A stretch of 64,000 nt of DNA, taken from Bacteriovoracia bacterium. GTDB lineage: Bacteria; Bdellovibrionota; UBA1018; JBFWNL01. Shown one piece after another: positions 9,577 through 19,800 of this stretch. Each line of letters begins with the position of its first letter. The first letter of the stretch is position 1. The stretch spans positions 459,825 through 523,824 of the forward strand of contig JBFWNL010000001.1 in the NCBI GenBank assembly GCA_050251055.1. The letters run 5' to 3'. The translations under genes and the position numbers were made by a program. The notes beneath the pieces are model-generated. The model ran no database searches. It saw nothing but the letters and a program-made list of their open reading frames with translations, and was not told where the DNA came from.

Positions 9577-9633
9577 GTACGTCCCTCGTATACCCTGATT
9601 ATAATTCAGGAACCCCTTCATTGTCGACTATAC

Positions 9634-9661
9634 TTGTCGGCTATTTGGCGGGAACGCTTTA
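9634..9661 (-). promoter_or_regulatory. Putative sigma28 (FliA) promoter TAAA-N16-GCCGACAA
   Basis: The minus strand reads TAAAGCGTTCCCGCCAAATAGCCGACAA directly upstream of the propeller gene. Confidence 0.55.
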
Positions 9662-9692
9662 AGGTGCTCTAATGGTGGGATTCAAGAAAACT

Positions 9693-11033
9693 TCAAAAAC
9701 GGTAGCCGAAACCTAAGTCCACGATAATAAAACTATTGGCCGAGTAGCTGCGCCGAGTTTGGAGCGTGTCGTCGGCGACCCAGGGAAAGCTTTCTTTAAT
9801 GTAGCGAAGGCGGGTTTCGAGCATGGTACGCACCCCGAGCACGGTGACGATCCCAAAGCCCAATTCGGTACCACCGGCTCCGATCAGGGCTTTATTACTC
9901 AACCCTTCAACACTCCCGCCGAAATCGTAACGAAACGCCGCGAGCAAGCTAAAATAAAATGTGCTGGAAGCGTTGTAGAGCGCCACCCCTCCCACTCCAG
10001 CGTGGGAGCGGCTCGTTTCACTCGCCTGGACGACGTTCTGTCCGCTGCCAAATCCGGGATTGTCGATGTAAAAAACGCGCACGCGGCCGAAACCGCCTTG
10101 CACGAAGGGCCCCACCCGCCAGCGATCCATGCGCTCGGTATAAAAAAAACGCGCGAAGACCCGAGGCATCGAATAGACCGTGCCTGCCACGTTTTGCCGT
10201 AGAAGCTCGAAGTTGACGGAACCCGAAAGTAAATACGCCTCGTTGGGCTTGCGTCGGGCGCGCCAACGCAGCTCGGCGTTGAAAAAAGGAACGAAGGCAA
10301 AGGCCGAGGTCTGTGCGGCGGCGTCGCGGTCATCCACTTCGTACGTCACCGCCGATTGCGCGAAACGCAAAATCGACCAAAATTCCGGGTCGTTTCCTTC
10401 CTGAATGATCGTCGTGGTGGACGTTTGCGTTTCCTCCACCCCCGCGCCCTTCAGGGTGAAGGTAAATTTATCGCTCCACTCAGCGCCGGCGTTGGTTTCA
10501 AAACCCACGCGCCAAAAAAACTCTCCCACTACCTTCGGCTTCCACGAGTAGCTCAACGAATCCGACGTGTCCTTGAGCACGACGCCGTTCTTGTCCGAAA
10601 TTTCGATTTTGTATTTCGTGATGTCCTTAACCGCGGTCCACTGGAAGCGGAAGCCCAGCTGCGTGTCGCTCAAATCGAACACGGTGCGGTTACGGGGCTC
10701 AAGCAAGTTCGGCGGATGTTGGTTCACGCGGAACCCTTCGGCCTTGGTCCACGGCCCTTCCTGCCCGTTGGCGTCGATTCCCCGAATCCGAAAGAAGTAA
10801 GTGCCCGGCGCGAGCTGCACCTGAGCGCTAGGGCTATCGAACCGCTTCCGGTAGATCACGTGGGCCATGTCCGGCGTTCGGGAGAACTGCAGCTCATACT
10901 TTTTCGCTCCGGCCACCGCTCCCCACTTCAGGGTCGCCTTACGCTTGACCTCGGCCGCCTCGGCGATGGGAGCGGAGAACGCGCCACAAAACAGCGCGCT
11001 CAGCAGGTAAAAGATAAATACGGGCGATTTCAT
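9693..11033 (-). CDS. Secreted protein with two FN3/Ig-like modules and a probable C-terminal OM beta-barrel
   Basis: Signal peptide; LKWGAVAGAKKYELQ...YFFRIRG...GPWT and FQWTAV...FWRV...WS modules; amphipathic strands ending DLGFGYRF. Confidence 0.65.
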   Translation of the reverse strand: MKSPVFIFYLLSALFCGAFSAPIAEAAEVKRKATLKWGAVAGAKKYELQFSRTPDMAHVIYRKRFDSPSAQVQLAPGTYFFRIRGIDANGQEGPWTKAEGFRVNQHPPNLLEPRNRTVFDLSDTQLGFRFQWTAVKDITKYKIEISDKNGVVLKDTSDSLSYSWKPKVVGEFFWRVGFETNAGAEWSDKFTFTLKGAGVEETQTSTTTIIQEGNDPEFWSILRFAQSAVTYEVDDRDAAAQTSAFAFVPFFNAELRWRARRKPNEAYLLSGSVNFELLRQNVAGTVYSMPRVFARFFYTERMDRWRVGPFVQGGFGRVRVFYIDNPGFGSGQNVVQASETSRSHAGVGGVALYNASSTFYFSLLAAFRYDFGGSVEGLSNKALIGAGGTELGFGIVTVLGVRTMLETRLRYIKESFPWVADDTLQTRRSYSANSFIIVDLGFGYRF

Positions 11034-11056
11034 GGTCCTAAGCCGATTGTAGCGGG

Positions 11057-12022
11057 CTAAAGGCTCTGGGGAAAGCGCGAAACGTTCACGGCATCGGCGA
11101 TGATCACGCGGGGACGGAACTTCGAATCGTCAAAAACGCGGCTCAAGTACTCTCCGAGCACGCCCAGGAAGATGAAAGTCACGCTGTGCAAAAACAGCAT
11201 CAATACGACGAGGCTGGTAAAACCCGGTACCTCGCGCCCATGCAGAAAAAACCCGACCACGTAATAGGCTGATAGCGCCAACGCCAGCACGAAGAGGATC
11301 GCGCCGAGCGCGCCCATGAGCCGCAAAGGCGCCTTCGTGAAAGCGGTGACCGCGTCAATGGCGAGTACGAGATAATGCAAAATTCGGAACTTACTTTCAC
11401 CCGAAACACGCGGCTGGCGATCATAAACGACGGGACACTGCCGGAAGCCCAGGTAGGTGACGAGTCCGCGTAGGTAGAGGTTGCGCTCGGGCAGGCTCTT
11501 GAGAACCTCCACGACTTTTCTATCCAACAGGCGAAAATCCCCGGTGCGTTCGGGAATTTTAAGATCCGAAATCCAATGTAGCAGCTTGTAGAAAGTGGCG
11601 AAGAGGACCTTCATGTACCAAGGCGCGAAGCGCTTCGCGCGCACGCCGTAGACGACCTCATAGCCTTCGCGCCAACGCTCGACGAAGCGCGGAATCACTG
11701 TCGGCGGATCCTCGAGATCGGCGTCGAGCTCGATCACCGCGTCGCCGGTAGCGAGGGAAAGTCCCGCAAAAATAGAGTTTTGGTAGCCAAAATTGCGGGA
11801 AAACCGATACCCCTTTAGGTAAACTCGGGAGCGGGAAAGCTCCTGGATCACCGCCCAGGTAGCGTCACTCGAAGCGTTGTCGGTGACGACAATCTCCAGC
11901 TCGTACTCTTGCAGCGGACCTTCCCCTTGCCCGCCCCGCGCGAAGAGCCGCTCCACCTGCTCGACGGCCAGGGGGAGATTCGCGGCTTCGTTGTACGCGG
12001 GAATGCAGATCGATAACTTCAT
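11057..12022 (-). CDS. GT2 polyprenyl-phosphate glycosyltransferase (GtrB/DPM1-like)
   Basis: IPAYNE, DNASSD, FSRNFG, DADLEDPP, GDFRLLDR and two C-terminal TM helices. Confidence 0.9.
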   Translation of the reverse strand: MKLSICIPAYNEAANLPLAVEQVERLFARGGQGEGPLQEYELEIVVTDNASSDATWAVIQELSRSRVYLKGYRFSRNFGYQNSIFAGLSLATGDAVIELDADLEDPPTVIPRFVERWREGYEVVYGVRAKRFAPWYMKVLFATFYKLLHWISDLKIPERTGDFRLLDRKVVEVLKSLPERNLYLRGLVTYLGFRQCPVVYDRQPRVSGESKFRILHYLVLAIDAVTAFTKAPLRLMGALGAILFVLALALSAYYVVGFFLHGREVPGFTSLVVLMLFLHSVTFIFLGVLGEYLSRVFDDSKFRPRVIIADAVNVSRFPQSL

Positions 12023-12109
12023 CCAGCTTCCCTTCTAAGCTATGCGCAATGCGTTAACAAACGTTTTTCTTTGGCCAAATTAGCGTCGCCTGACTATAAA
12101 ACCACCAAG

Positions 12110-12889
12110 ATGAAAACCGTGATCCTATGTGGCGGGCGTGGCACCCGCTTGAGCGAAGAAACCGTCCTGAAACCCAAGCCCATGGTGCTCGTAGGCGAGC
12201 GCCCTATGCTCTGGCACATCATGAGCATCTACAGCGCTCAGGGGTTTAACGAATTCGTCCTCGCCCTGGGCTACCTAGGCGACGTCATCAAGGAATATTT
12301 CATCAACTACCATGCGCTCAATAGCGACTTCCGCGTGGATCTCTCCAATGGCGAAGTGAGCTTCATCAAAAAACGCTGCGATCGCGACTGGAAGGTCGAG
12401 CTGGTAGATACCGGCGAAAATACCATGACCGGCGGGCGGCTCCTACGCCTGGAATCTTACCTCAAGCCCCATGGCACCTTCATGATCACCTACGGCGACG
12501 GGGTGGCGAATGTGGATCTTAAAAAAGCCTTGGCCTTCCATAAGGCCCACGGGAAACTCTGCACGGTTACCGCCGTACGGCCGACCGCGCGCTTCGGCGG
12601 CATGGTCTTCCAAGACCAGCAGGTGACTCAGTTCAAGGAAAAGCCCCAGTCCGGTGAAGGCTGGATCAACGGTGGCTTTTTCATTATGGAACCGGGGATC
12701 TTCAAGTACCTCAAGGAGGATGCCACCGTTTTGGAACAGGCTCCGCTCGAGAACTTGGCACGGGATGGCCAACTCATGGCCTACTTCCACGAAGGCTTCT
12801 GGCAGTGCATGGATACCATCCGCGAGCGGCAGCTACTGGAAGAAAAGTGGGCGACCGGTAAAGCTCCCTGGAAAGTCTGGCAAGACTAG
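12110..12889 (+). CDS. rfbF: Glucose-1-phosphate cytidylyltransferase
   Basis: VILCGGRGTRLSEET, KPKPMV, TMTGGRL, TYGDG, GWINGGFF, GFWQCMDT, APWKVW. Confidence 0.95.
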   Translation: MKTVILCGGRGTRLSEETVLKPKPMVLVGERPMLWHIMSIYSAQGFNEFVLALGYLGDVIKEYFINYHALNSDFRVDLSNGEVSFIKKRCDRDWKVELVDTGENTMTGGRLLRLESYLKPHGTFMITYGDGVANVDLKKALAFHKAHGKLCTVTAVRPTARFGGMVFQDQQVTQFKEKPQSGEGWINGGFFIMEPGIFKYLKEDATVLEQAPLENLARDGQLMAYFHEGFWQCMDTIRERQLLEEKWATGKAPWKVWQD

Positions 12890-13043
12890 TCTAATCCTAT
12901 TGATTTAAAAGGTGTTTTTCCCTTTTTAAGGGTCTTGTGAGGGCGGGTTTTAACCGTCCAGAATGATTGCCTTTGCCGCCTAGCTGGGCTAGATAATTCC
13001 CGCGTCCTAAAATCTGTTCTTCCTGTGTGAAGGAGTGCTCTCA

Positions 13044-14564
13044 ATGGACTTAATCCTGGTTGGCTTGGCCCTCGCCACTGTCATTTGGCTGTATTTTCAT
13101 TCAAATCCGATGCAACACAGCCGGGCGTTCATGCTCCGACGGTTCATCAACTGGTTCCCGCTGGGCATGTCCTACGCATTCCTCTACATGGGTCGTTATA
13201 ACTTGAGCGTTTCCAAAAACGCGATGGGCTCGATGATGACCAAGGCCGACTTCGGCATCATCTTCGGCATCGGAACCTTCGTCTACGGACTTTCTTTCCT
13301 GCTCAACGGACCGCTCGTCGACAAATTCGGCGGCAAAAAAGGGATCGTCCTCGCCACGCTAGGCTCTTCGCTCGCCAATATGCTGATGGGCCTGGTGACC
13401 TACCTCTACATTACGGGAGCCCTGAGCTCGAATATCGTGGTCATCTACTCGACTCTCTACTCCCTGAATATGTTCTTCCAAAGCTACGGCGCCGTCTCCA
13501 TCATCAAGGTGAAGGCTTACTGGTTCCACGTTCGCGAGCGCGGGCTTTTCGGCGCGATCTTCGGCACCCTCATCTCCATGGGCGTGTACTTCGCATTTGA
13601 CTGGGGTCAGGCCATCGTGGAGGCCGCAAAGGTCCAACAGCAGGGCCAGCTCACGCCATTCCAAACCGCGTTCAAATGGCTGTTCGCCGTGGATACTGGC
13701 ACCCACGACGCGATCTGGCTCGTGTTCTTCATTCCGGCCGTGCTCCTCGTGTTCTGGGCGCTCATCGATATGTTCCTCATCAAGGACTCCCCTTCGGAAA
13801 CCGGTTTCGAGGATTTCGACACCGCCGACGCCTCTTCGGGCGAGATGGAGCAGGATTTCACGGTGGGTCAGCTACTCAAGAAGATCTTCACCAATCCGGT
13901 CATGCTCACGATCGCCGCGGTGGAATTCACCTCGGGCGTGCTCCGCAACGGGACCCAGCAGTGGTACTTCATCTTCGCTAAGGAAGTACCGCAACCGGGT
14001 GCCGAGATCTTCATGAAGCATTGGGGCCTGTTCCTGTGCATCACGGGCATTATGGGCGGCTTCGCCTCAGGCGCCATGTCCGATAAGATCTTCCATTCAC
14101 GACGGGGACCTCCGGCCGCGATTATGAGCGGGCTGATGTTAACCTGCCTGATCCTGATGGCGATCTTCCTCTTAGACGCGCCCGTGGTCGTCGGCGCTTG
14201 CGTGCTCGTCATCGCGTTCGCCGTGATCGGCGTGCACTCAATCATGTCTGGCACGGCGGCGGCCGACTTCGGCGGACGTAAGGCGACCGCAACCGCCTCC
14301 GGCATCACCGACGGCTTCGTTTACCTCGGCAGCGGCATTCAGTCCGTCTGCTTGGGCTTTCTCACCACGAAGGATTGGGAATTCTGGCCCGTCTTCCTGG
14401 CGCCATTCGCTCTCTTGGGGCTGGTGCTAGCGCTCCGGATGTGGAGAGAATTGCCGGCCGCCACTCGTAAGTACCTCGAGACGGTGGAGAAGATCGACAT
14501 CCGGATCTCGAGTAAGAAGACCGTGATCAAAACAACGTCAAGCTTGAGCCTGACTGACGGCTAA
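13044..14564 (+). CDS. MFS transporter, organophosphate:Pi antiporter (GlpT/UhpT-like)
   Basis: YAFLYMGRYN, WFHVRERG, SDKIFHSRRGP, TASGITDGFVYLG; more than 12 TM segments; AGGAG SD at 13031. Confidence 0.85.
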   Translation: MDLILVGLALATVIWLYFHSNPMQHSRAFMLRRFINWFPLGMSYAFLYMGRYNLSVSKNAMGSMMTKADFGIIFGIGTFVYGLSFLLNGPLVDKFGGKKGIVLATLGSSLANMLMGLVTYLYITGALSSNIVVIYSTLYSLNMFFQSYGAVSIIKVKAYWFHVRERGLFGAIFGTLISMGVYFAFDWGQAIVEAAKVQQQGQLTPFQTAFKWLFAVDTGTHDAIWLVFFIPAVLLVFWALIDMFLIKDSPSETGFEDFDTADASSGEMEQDFTVGQLLKKIFTNPVMLTIAAVEFTSGVLRNGTQQWYFIFAKEVPQPGAEIFMKHWGLFLCITGIMGGFASGAMSDKIFHSRRGPPAAIMSGLMLTCLILMAIFLLDAPVVVGACVLVIAFAVIGVHSIMSGTAAADFGGRKATATASGITDGFVYLGSGIQSVCLGFLTTKDWEFWPVFLAPFALLGLVLALRMWRELPAATRKYLETVEKIDIRISSKKTVIKTTSSLSLTDG

Positions 14565-14594
14565 CGATGATGCTCCATTTGTTCTATTTGGGTA

Positions 14595-14624
14595 AGGGGC
14601 CGTTGACTTCGCTCTTCGGCCCCT
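14595..14624. terminator. GC-rich hairpin downstream of the MFS gene (possible terminator or stabiliser)
   Basis: AGGGGCCG...CGGCCCCT 8-bp inverted repeat with no U-tract. Confidence 0.3.
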
Positions 14625-14640
14625 GCCGTTTGGCCCACAC

Positions 14641-15543
14641 ATGATACAGGACCGGTTCTTCCCGCAGGCGAAAGCATTGCGCAAAGAGTTCGACCGACGC
14701 TTCGCCGACCCATTGGCGAGCGATTCACGGCGTTTCGTTTGGGACTATTGGCACGTACCGGATCAGTACACGGCGATACGCACGCCGGCCTACCATTTTT
14801 TCCCCAAGAAACTTTACGCCGACTTCCACCGGGCGCTCTTGAAGTTTGGCCGGGAGCAGCTGGGCTGCTTCGACGTCACGCCGCCCTGGTTGAGCTACTA
14901 CGTGGATGGATGCGGACAGCAACCCCACGCGGATCTTCCGCATGGGCCCTGGGCATTCGTATATTCGCTGACCGAGTGGGATCGCCGCGAGTTTACGGGC
15001 GGCGAAACCTTCCTTTTCAAGCCCCGCGCCTTGGCCTACTGGCCATCGCTCGGCGATCCCCGCCACGAAGGCAAGGGCGTCGAAAAACGGGATTTGATCG
15101 AAAAGGTGCCGCCCCGCTTTAATCGACTGTTCGTCTTTGACCCGCGCGTGCCGCACGGGGTGGAACCCGTGCGCGGCGTCTCTGATCCGCGGAAAGCCCG
15201 GCTCGTCATCCATGGCTGGTTCACCGAACCGCAACCCTACGTCGAAGGATCCCTTACCCGCGGTCAGGTGGCCGGCACGATTCGCGAGGTCTTGGGCGAA
15301 GTCCATGAGGTCGTCTCGCACTGGAGCGGTATCCACGGCACTTATTGCGTGCGCCTCACCATCGGCCCCAGCGGCGTCGTCCAACAGGTGAAAGAACTTA
15401 CCCAAACCTTGGTTTCGCTCGAGACCGGATCCACGCAAGAGCTCGCGCCGTTTCGACAGGCCTTGCGGGGACGCCTACAGACGCTTCGTTTCCCCAAAGC
15501 TCGCGGGACGAGCCGTCTGACCCTCCCCTTGATGTTCCGTTAG
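14641..15543 (+). CDS. 2OG-Fe(II) oxygenase with a C-terminal TonB-C/AgmX-like domain
   Basis: HAD (HxD), FTGGET, PRFNRLFVFD, PHGV and R-x-VIHGWF form a prolyl-hydroxylase-like core; the tail reads GTYCVRLTIGPSG...LRFPKARG...LPLMF. Confidence 0.75.
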   Translation: MIQDRFFPQAKALRKEFDRRFADPLASDSRRFVWDYWHVPDQYTAIRTPAYHFFPKKLYADFHRALLKFGREQLGCFDVTPPWLSYYVDGCGQQPHADLPHGPWAFVYSLTEWDRREFTGGETFLFKPRALAYWPSLGDPRHEGKGVEKRDLIEKVPPRFNRLFVFDPRVPHGVEPVRGVSDPRKARLVIHGWFTEPQPYVEGSLTRGQVAGTIREVLGEVHEVVSHWSGIHGTYCVRLTIGPSGVVQQVKELTQTLVSLETGSTQELAPFRQALRGRLQTLRFPKARGTSRLTLPLMFR

Positions 15544-15562
15544 TTTTCGACCGAACGCGTGG

Positions 15563-16807
15563 CTAATCCTGAACCTTAACTTCTTGCCCCCACGGCGCGA
15601 TCTTGGCCAGGATGAGCATTCCGGGAATGGCGGCCAATGCGCAGACCGCGTAGAAACCCGGCCAACCCGTGGCTTGGGCGATAAAGCCCGTGCCGGCGGC
15701 CACGATCGTTCCGGGCACGGCCATGAGACTCGTCATCAATGCATACTGGGTAGCGGTAAAGCGCCGATTTGTCTGCGAGCTCATGTAAGCGGTGTAGGCG
15801 GTCGATCCCAAGCCAGTTGCGAGAAGCTCGAAGACCACCACAGCCGATAGCGTTAAGTGATCCTTGCCCACGAAGGCCAACCAGGAGAAACCAAACGTGG
15901 AGATCATCTGCAAGCCGCCGAAGATCCAAAGCGCGCGCGAGATTCCGATGCGCAACATCAGTACGCCCGCTAGGAACATGCCGAGAAAGAGCGCGGCCAT
16001 GCCTAATCCCTTCACTACCACGAAATACTCCGTCTTCTCGAAGCCCAAGCTCAAGATGAAAGGAATGTTCATGGCGGAAGCCATGTTGTCGCCGATCTTA
16101 TAAAGTAAAATGAAAGCAAGCACCCACCAGGCCTCGCGGCGGCGGAAAAACTCCACGAAGGGCTCCACCACGGCTTCCTTCAATGTCCGCGGGGCTTTCA
16201 CGTCGCTCACCGGCTCCTTGACGAGTAAGGTGGTGATGATCCCCACGAACATCATACCCGCGAGTAGAAAGTGCACATTCGCATAGCCGATTTTGTCGGC
16301 GAGGGCGAATGCGATTCCCACCGTGGCCAGATTCGCTAATCGGTAGCCGTTCACCCAGATGCCGGTACCGGCGCCCAGCTCCGACTCCGTAAGAAATTCT
16401 CGGCGAAAAGCGTCGAGCACGATGTCTTGGCTCGCGCTAAAAAAAGCGATGGCCATGCAAACCATGCTCATCATCCAAAGATGCTGCGTCGGATCCAGGC
16501 GTCCGAGCGCAAGGATGGCGACGAGCAAAGCCGCCTGCATCACGAGCATCCAGCCGCGCCGACGGCCCAAAAACGGGGTCGAATAACGATCGAGCAGCGG
16601 CGACCAAACGAACTTAAACGTATAAGGAAACGAGACCGCGGAAATCAGGCCGATCTGCACCAGATCGATCTTCGCGTCGGTGAGCCAAGCCTTGATCACG
16701 TCCCGGATCACCAGAAACGGGGCGCCGCTCGAAAAGCCTAGCGCCAGCATGGCTAGCATTTTCCAAGAAAACAGGGCCTTCATCGCCGATGGCGCAGGTT
16801 GGGACAT
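15563..16807 (-). CDS. ampG: Muropeptide MFS permease
   Basis: LGFSSGAP, KFVWSPLLD, LGRRRGW, SASQDIVLDAFRRE, LYKIGD, FTATQYALMTSL. Confidence 0.92.
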   Translation of the reverse strand: MSQPAPSAMKALFSWKMLAMLALGFSSGAPFLVIRDVIKAWLTDAKIDLVQIGLISAVSFPYTFKFVWSPLLDRYSTPFLGRRRGWMLVMQAALLVAILALGRLDPTQHLWMMSMVCMAIAFFSASQDIVLDAFRREFLTESELGAGTGIWVNGYRLANLATVGIAFALADKIGYANVHFLLAGMMFVGIITTLLVKEPVSDVKAPRTLKEAVVEPFVEFFRRREAWWVLAFILLYKIGDNMASAMNIPFILSLGFEKTEYFVVVKGLGMAALFLGMFLAGVLMLRIGISRALWIFGGLQMISTFGFSWLAFVGKDHLTLSAVVVFELLATGLGSTAYTAYMSSQTNRRFTATQYALMTSLMAVPGTIVAAGTGFIAQATGWPGFYAVCALAAIPGMLILAKIAPWGQEVKVQD

Positions 16808-16863
16808 ACTTTAAGTCTACGGGCGATCGGGAGGAGCAGCGAATTAAAAATGCTCAAACAAGA

Positions 16864-19800
16864 TTAATGCGTCGCATTAGAGCCAGGTCCCTCTCCCTCC
16901 AGCTCGCGATCACTCCGTACGATTTCTTCCTGCATCTGTACGTCGGTGATGGGCTGGCGGCGGAAGATTCGATTTACGATGCCCTTAGCCCAGATCCGGT
17001 AGCGATCAATGTAAGAAAACGCCGCCGGAATCACGACCAAACTCAGAAAGGTCGACGTGACCAGACCCCCGATAATCGAAACGCCCATGCTGGTCCGCTG
17101 CTTGGAGGCTTCGTTCAAGCCGATCGCCACCGGGATCATCCCCGCGATGAGCGCAAACGAGGTCATCAAAATCGGCCGCAAACGGGTTTTGCCCGCTTCA
17201 AGCAGAGCGTCCCGGCGATTCATCCCGCCCCGTAGATTCTGGTTCGCGCGGTCGACGATCAAGATCGAGTTCTTGGTCGCGATCCCGAGCAGCATCACGC
17301 AGCCGATCATCGAAAAGATATCAAGCGACTTACCCGTGAGGAAAAGCGCGTAGAAAACACCGCAGGCGGCGAGCGGGATCACGAGCATGATCGTAAACGG
17401 CGTCACGAAGGACTCGTAGAGGCTCGCCAGCACTAGATAGATAAAGAACACCGCCAGCACCACCGCGAGCAGCATGTTCGCGATCAGATCCTGGAAGTCT
17501 TCCGATTGGCCCATGAACTTGTAGCGAACGCCGTCCGGCAGCTTAAACTCGGGATCCTTCTCCACGAGACGCTTCACCTCATCCATCGCTGCGCCCATGC
17601 CGGGCCCCGTGGCGGAAATGTCGGCGCTCACCTGCACGTACCGTCCGCGATCCTGCCGGTAGATCGTGGCCGGGCTGACCGTTTCCACTCCCTTGGCCAC
17701 ATTGGTAAGCTTGATCATCGTGCCGTTGATGTTCGGCACGCTGGTCAGCGGAAAAGACTCCTTGAGATTGCGCTGATCTTCCTGGAGACGCACGCGGATA
17801 TCGTATTCCCGGCCCTTCTCGCGGAATACCGCCGGCACTGCGCCCTCGATCTGCGTGCGCAGCTCCACCCCCAAAGTCACGGTGGAAACGCCCAGCGACT
17901 GCGCGGCGACCTCATCGATCGTGACCTGGAACTCGGGCTTGCCCGGGCGCGAGCTCACGTCCACGTCTTTGAGGGCCGGATGATCCTTGATCTTCGCGTG
18001 GATCTTGCGGGCATACTCCTCGAGCTTCACGAGATCGTTACCCAAGAAAATAACCGTGAAGGGACGGATGCCGCCCCCGATGTCGTCGACGTCCTTCACG
18101 ATGGGATTGGCGTGCGCGTGCTCTTTGAGCTGCTCGCGCAGGCGGTCCTTAAACTGGGAGGTGTTCACGTCGCGTTTTTTTCGCGGTACAAGCTCCACGA
18201 AGAAATCAGCCACGTTCGGCTCGCCGTCGCGATTACCGATCGTCAGCACGGTCTTATCCACTTCCGGATTCCGGCGGATGCGCTCATCCACCGCGCGCGC
18301 CACCTCGCTCATCCGCTCGATACTGGTGCCCGGAGGCAAATCAAGCGCGACGGCGAACTGACCAAAGTCTTGCGGCGGTAGAAACGTCTTGGTGATACGG
18401 CTAGTGAGGCCAACGCCAAACATGAAGACACCCAAGGCGATGCCCAGGACCACCAACGGACGACGAAGGGTGAACTCAAGGACTCTGCCGTAGTACCCCG
18501 TAATCTTGCGTTCTAAGTAGTTGAAGCAACCGAGCACGGCGCCCATCGCCTTCTCGAGGACGCCGCGCACGCCCTTCGGAGGCCCTTTGCGCGAGTCGTG
18601 CGCTCCGGCAGCGAAGTACGCCGAGAGCATCGGCGCGATCGTGAGCGCGTCGAACAAGCTGATCATCATCGCAAAGCAAACGGTCAGTCCGAATTCCTTG
18701 AAAAACTGCCCCACCATCCCCTTCAGGAACGCCACCGGCCCGAAGACCGCGATCACGGTTAGCGTCGTCGCGATGACCGCCAGCGTGACCTCGCGCGTGC
18801 CGGTCAGCGAAGCCTCCACCGGTCCTTTTCCCAGCTCGCGATAACGAAAGATGTTCTCGCGCACGACGATGGCGTCGTCGATCAATAGCCCCACGGCCAG
18901 ACTCAGCGCCAGCAGGGTCATGACATTGATGGAAAACCCGAAGAGCGCCATGAGGATGAACGCGCCCAGCAAGGAGTTTGGCAACGCGAGCCCAGTGATG
19001 ATCGTGGAACGCACGTTCCCCAAAAAGAAGAACACGACCAGGATCGTGAGCACGATCCCAATGAAGATCGTCTCCTCGACGTCCTTCACGTTCTCGAGGA
19101 TATACTTCGACATGTCGCGGATAAGCTTAATTTGTGGCTTGCCCGGCTCGGCCTGCAAGGATTGGTTAATCTTCGCCAAACGCTTTTTAACGCCTTCGGC
19201 GACCGCGATCGTATTCGCACCCGATTGACGGAACACCAAGATCGACACCGATTTCTGCCCGTTCACGAACGCGCGCGACTTCTCGTCCTCCAGGGAGTCG
19301 ATCACCGTACCCAGTTGACCAACGGTCACGGGCACGTCGTTACCGACGAAGTTCACGATCGTCGCCTTGATGTGTTCGAGCGAGCGGAACTCCCCTAGGG
19401 AGCGAAACAGCGTTTCGTTAGCGCCCCGCGAGACCTTGCCCACGGGTACGTTTTGACCGGCCGCGGAAATACGGGCCGAGACCACGCTCGCGGGGATCTC
19501 CCGCCGGGAAAGCTTGTTGCGGTCCAGCTCCACGCGAATCTCGCGCTTGCGGCCCCCGATGATTTCCACCAAACCGATCTGCTCGACCTGCTCGATCTGC
19601 GGCTTGATCACCTCGTTGGCGACGTCATAAAGCTCGGCCTCGGACAACTCCCCCGAAACGGCGAGGACTAGCACCGGTTGATCCGACGGATCCAGGCGCC
19701 GAATGATAGGCTCCTTGATTTCCGCGGGAAGCTTGCGCTTGGCCGTGGAAACACGGTCGCGGATTTGTTGCTCAGCGTATTTTACGTCGGTCTCGAGGAA

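Noticed and set aside
7324-9621. Mobile element or genomic island explanation for the lower-GC gene
   Set aside because: No transposase, integrase, tRNA or flanking repeats; only a single-gene composition shift.
12890-12930. AT-rich tract resembling a dif or att site
   Set aside because: It does not match the XerC/XerD dif consensus, and there is no integrase or direct-repeat partner.
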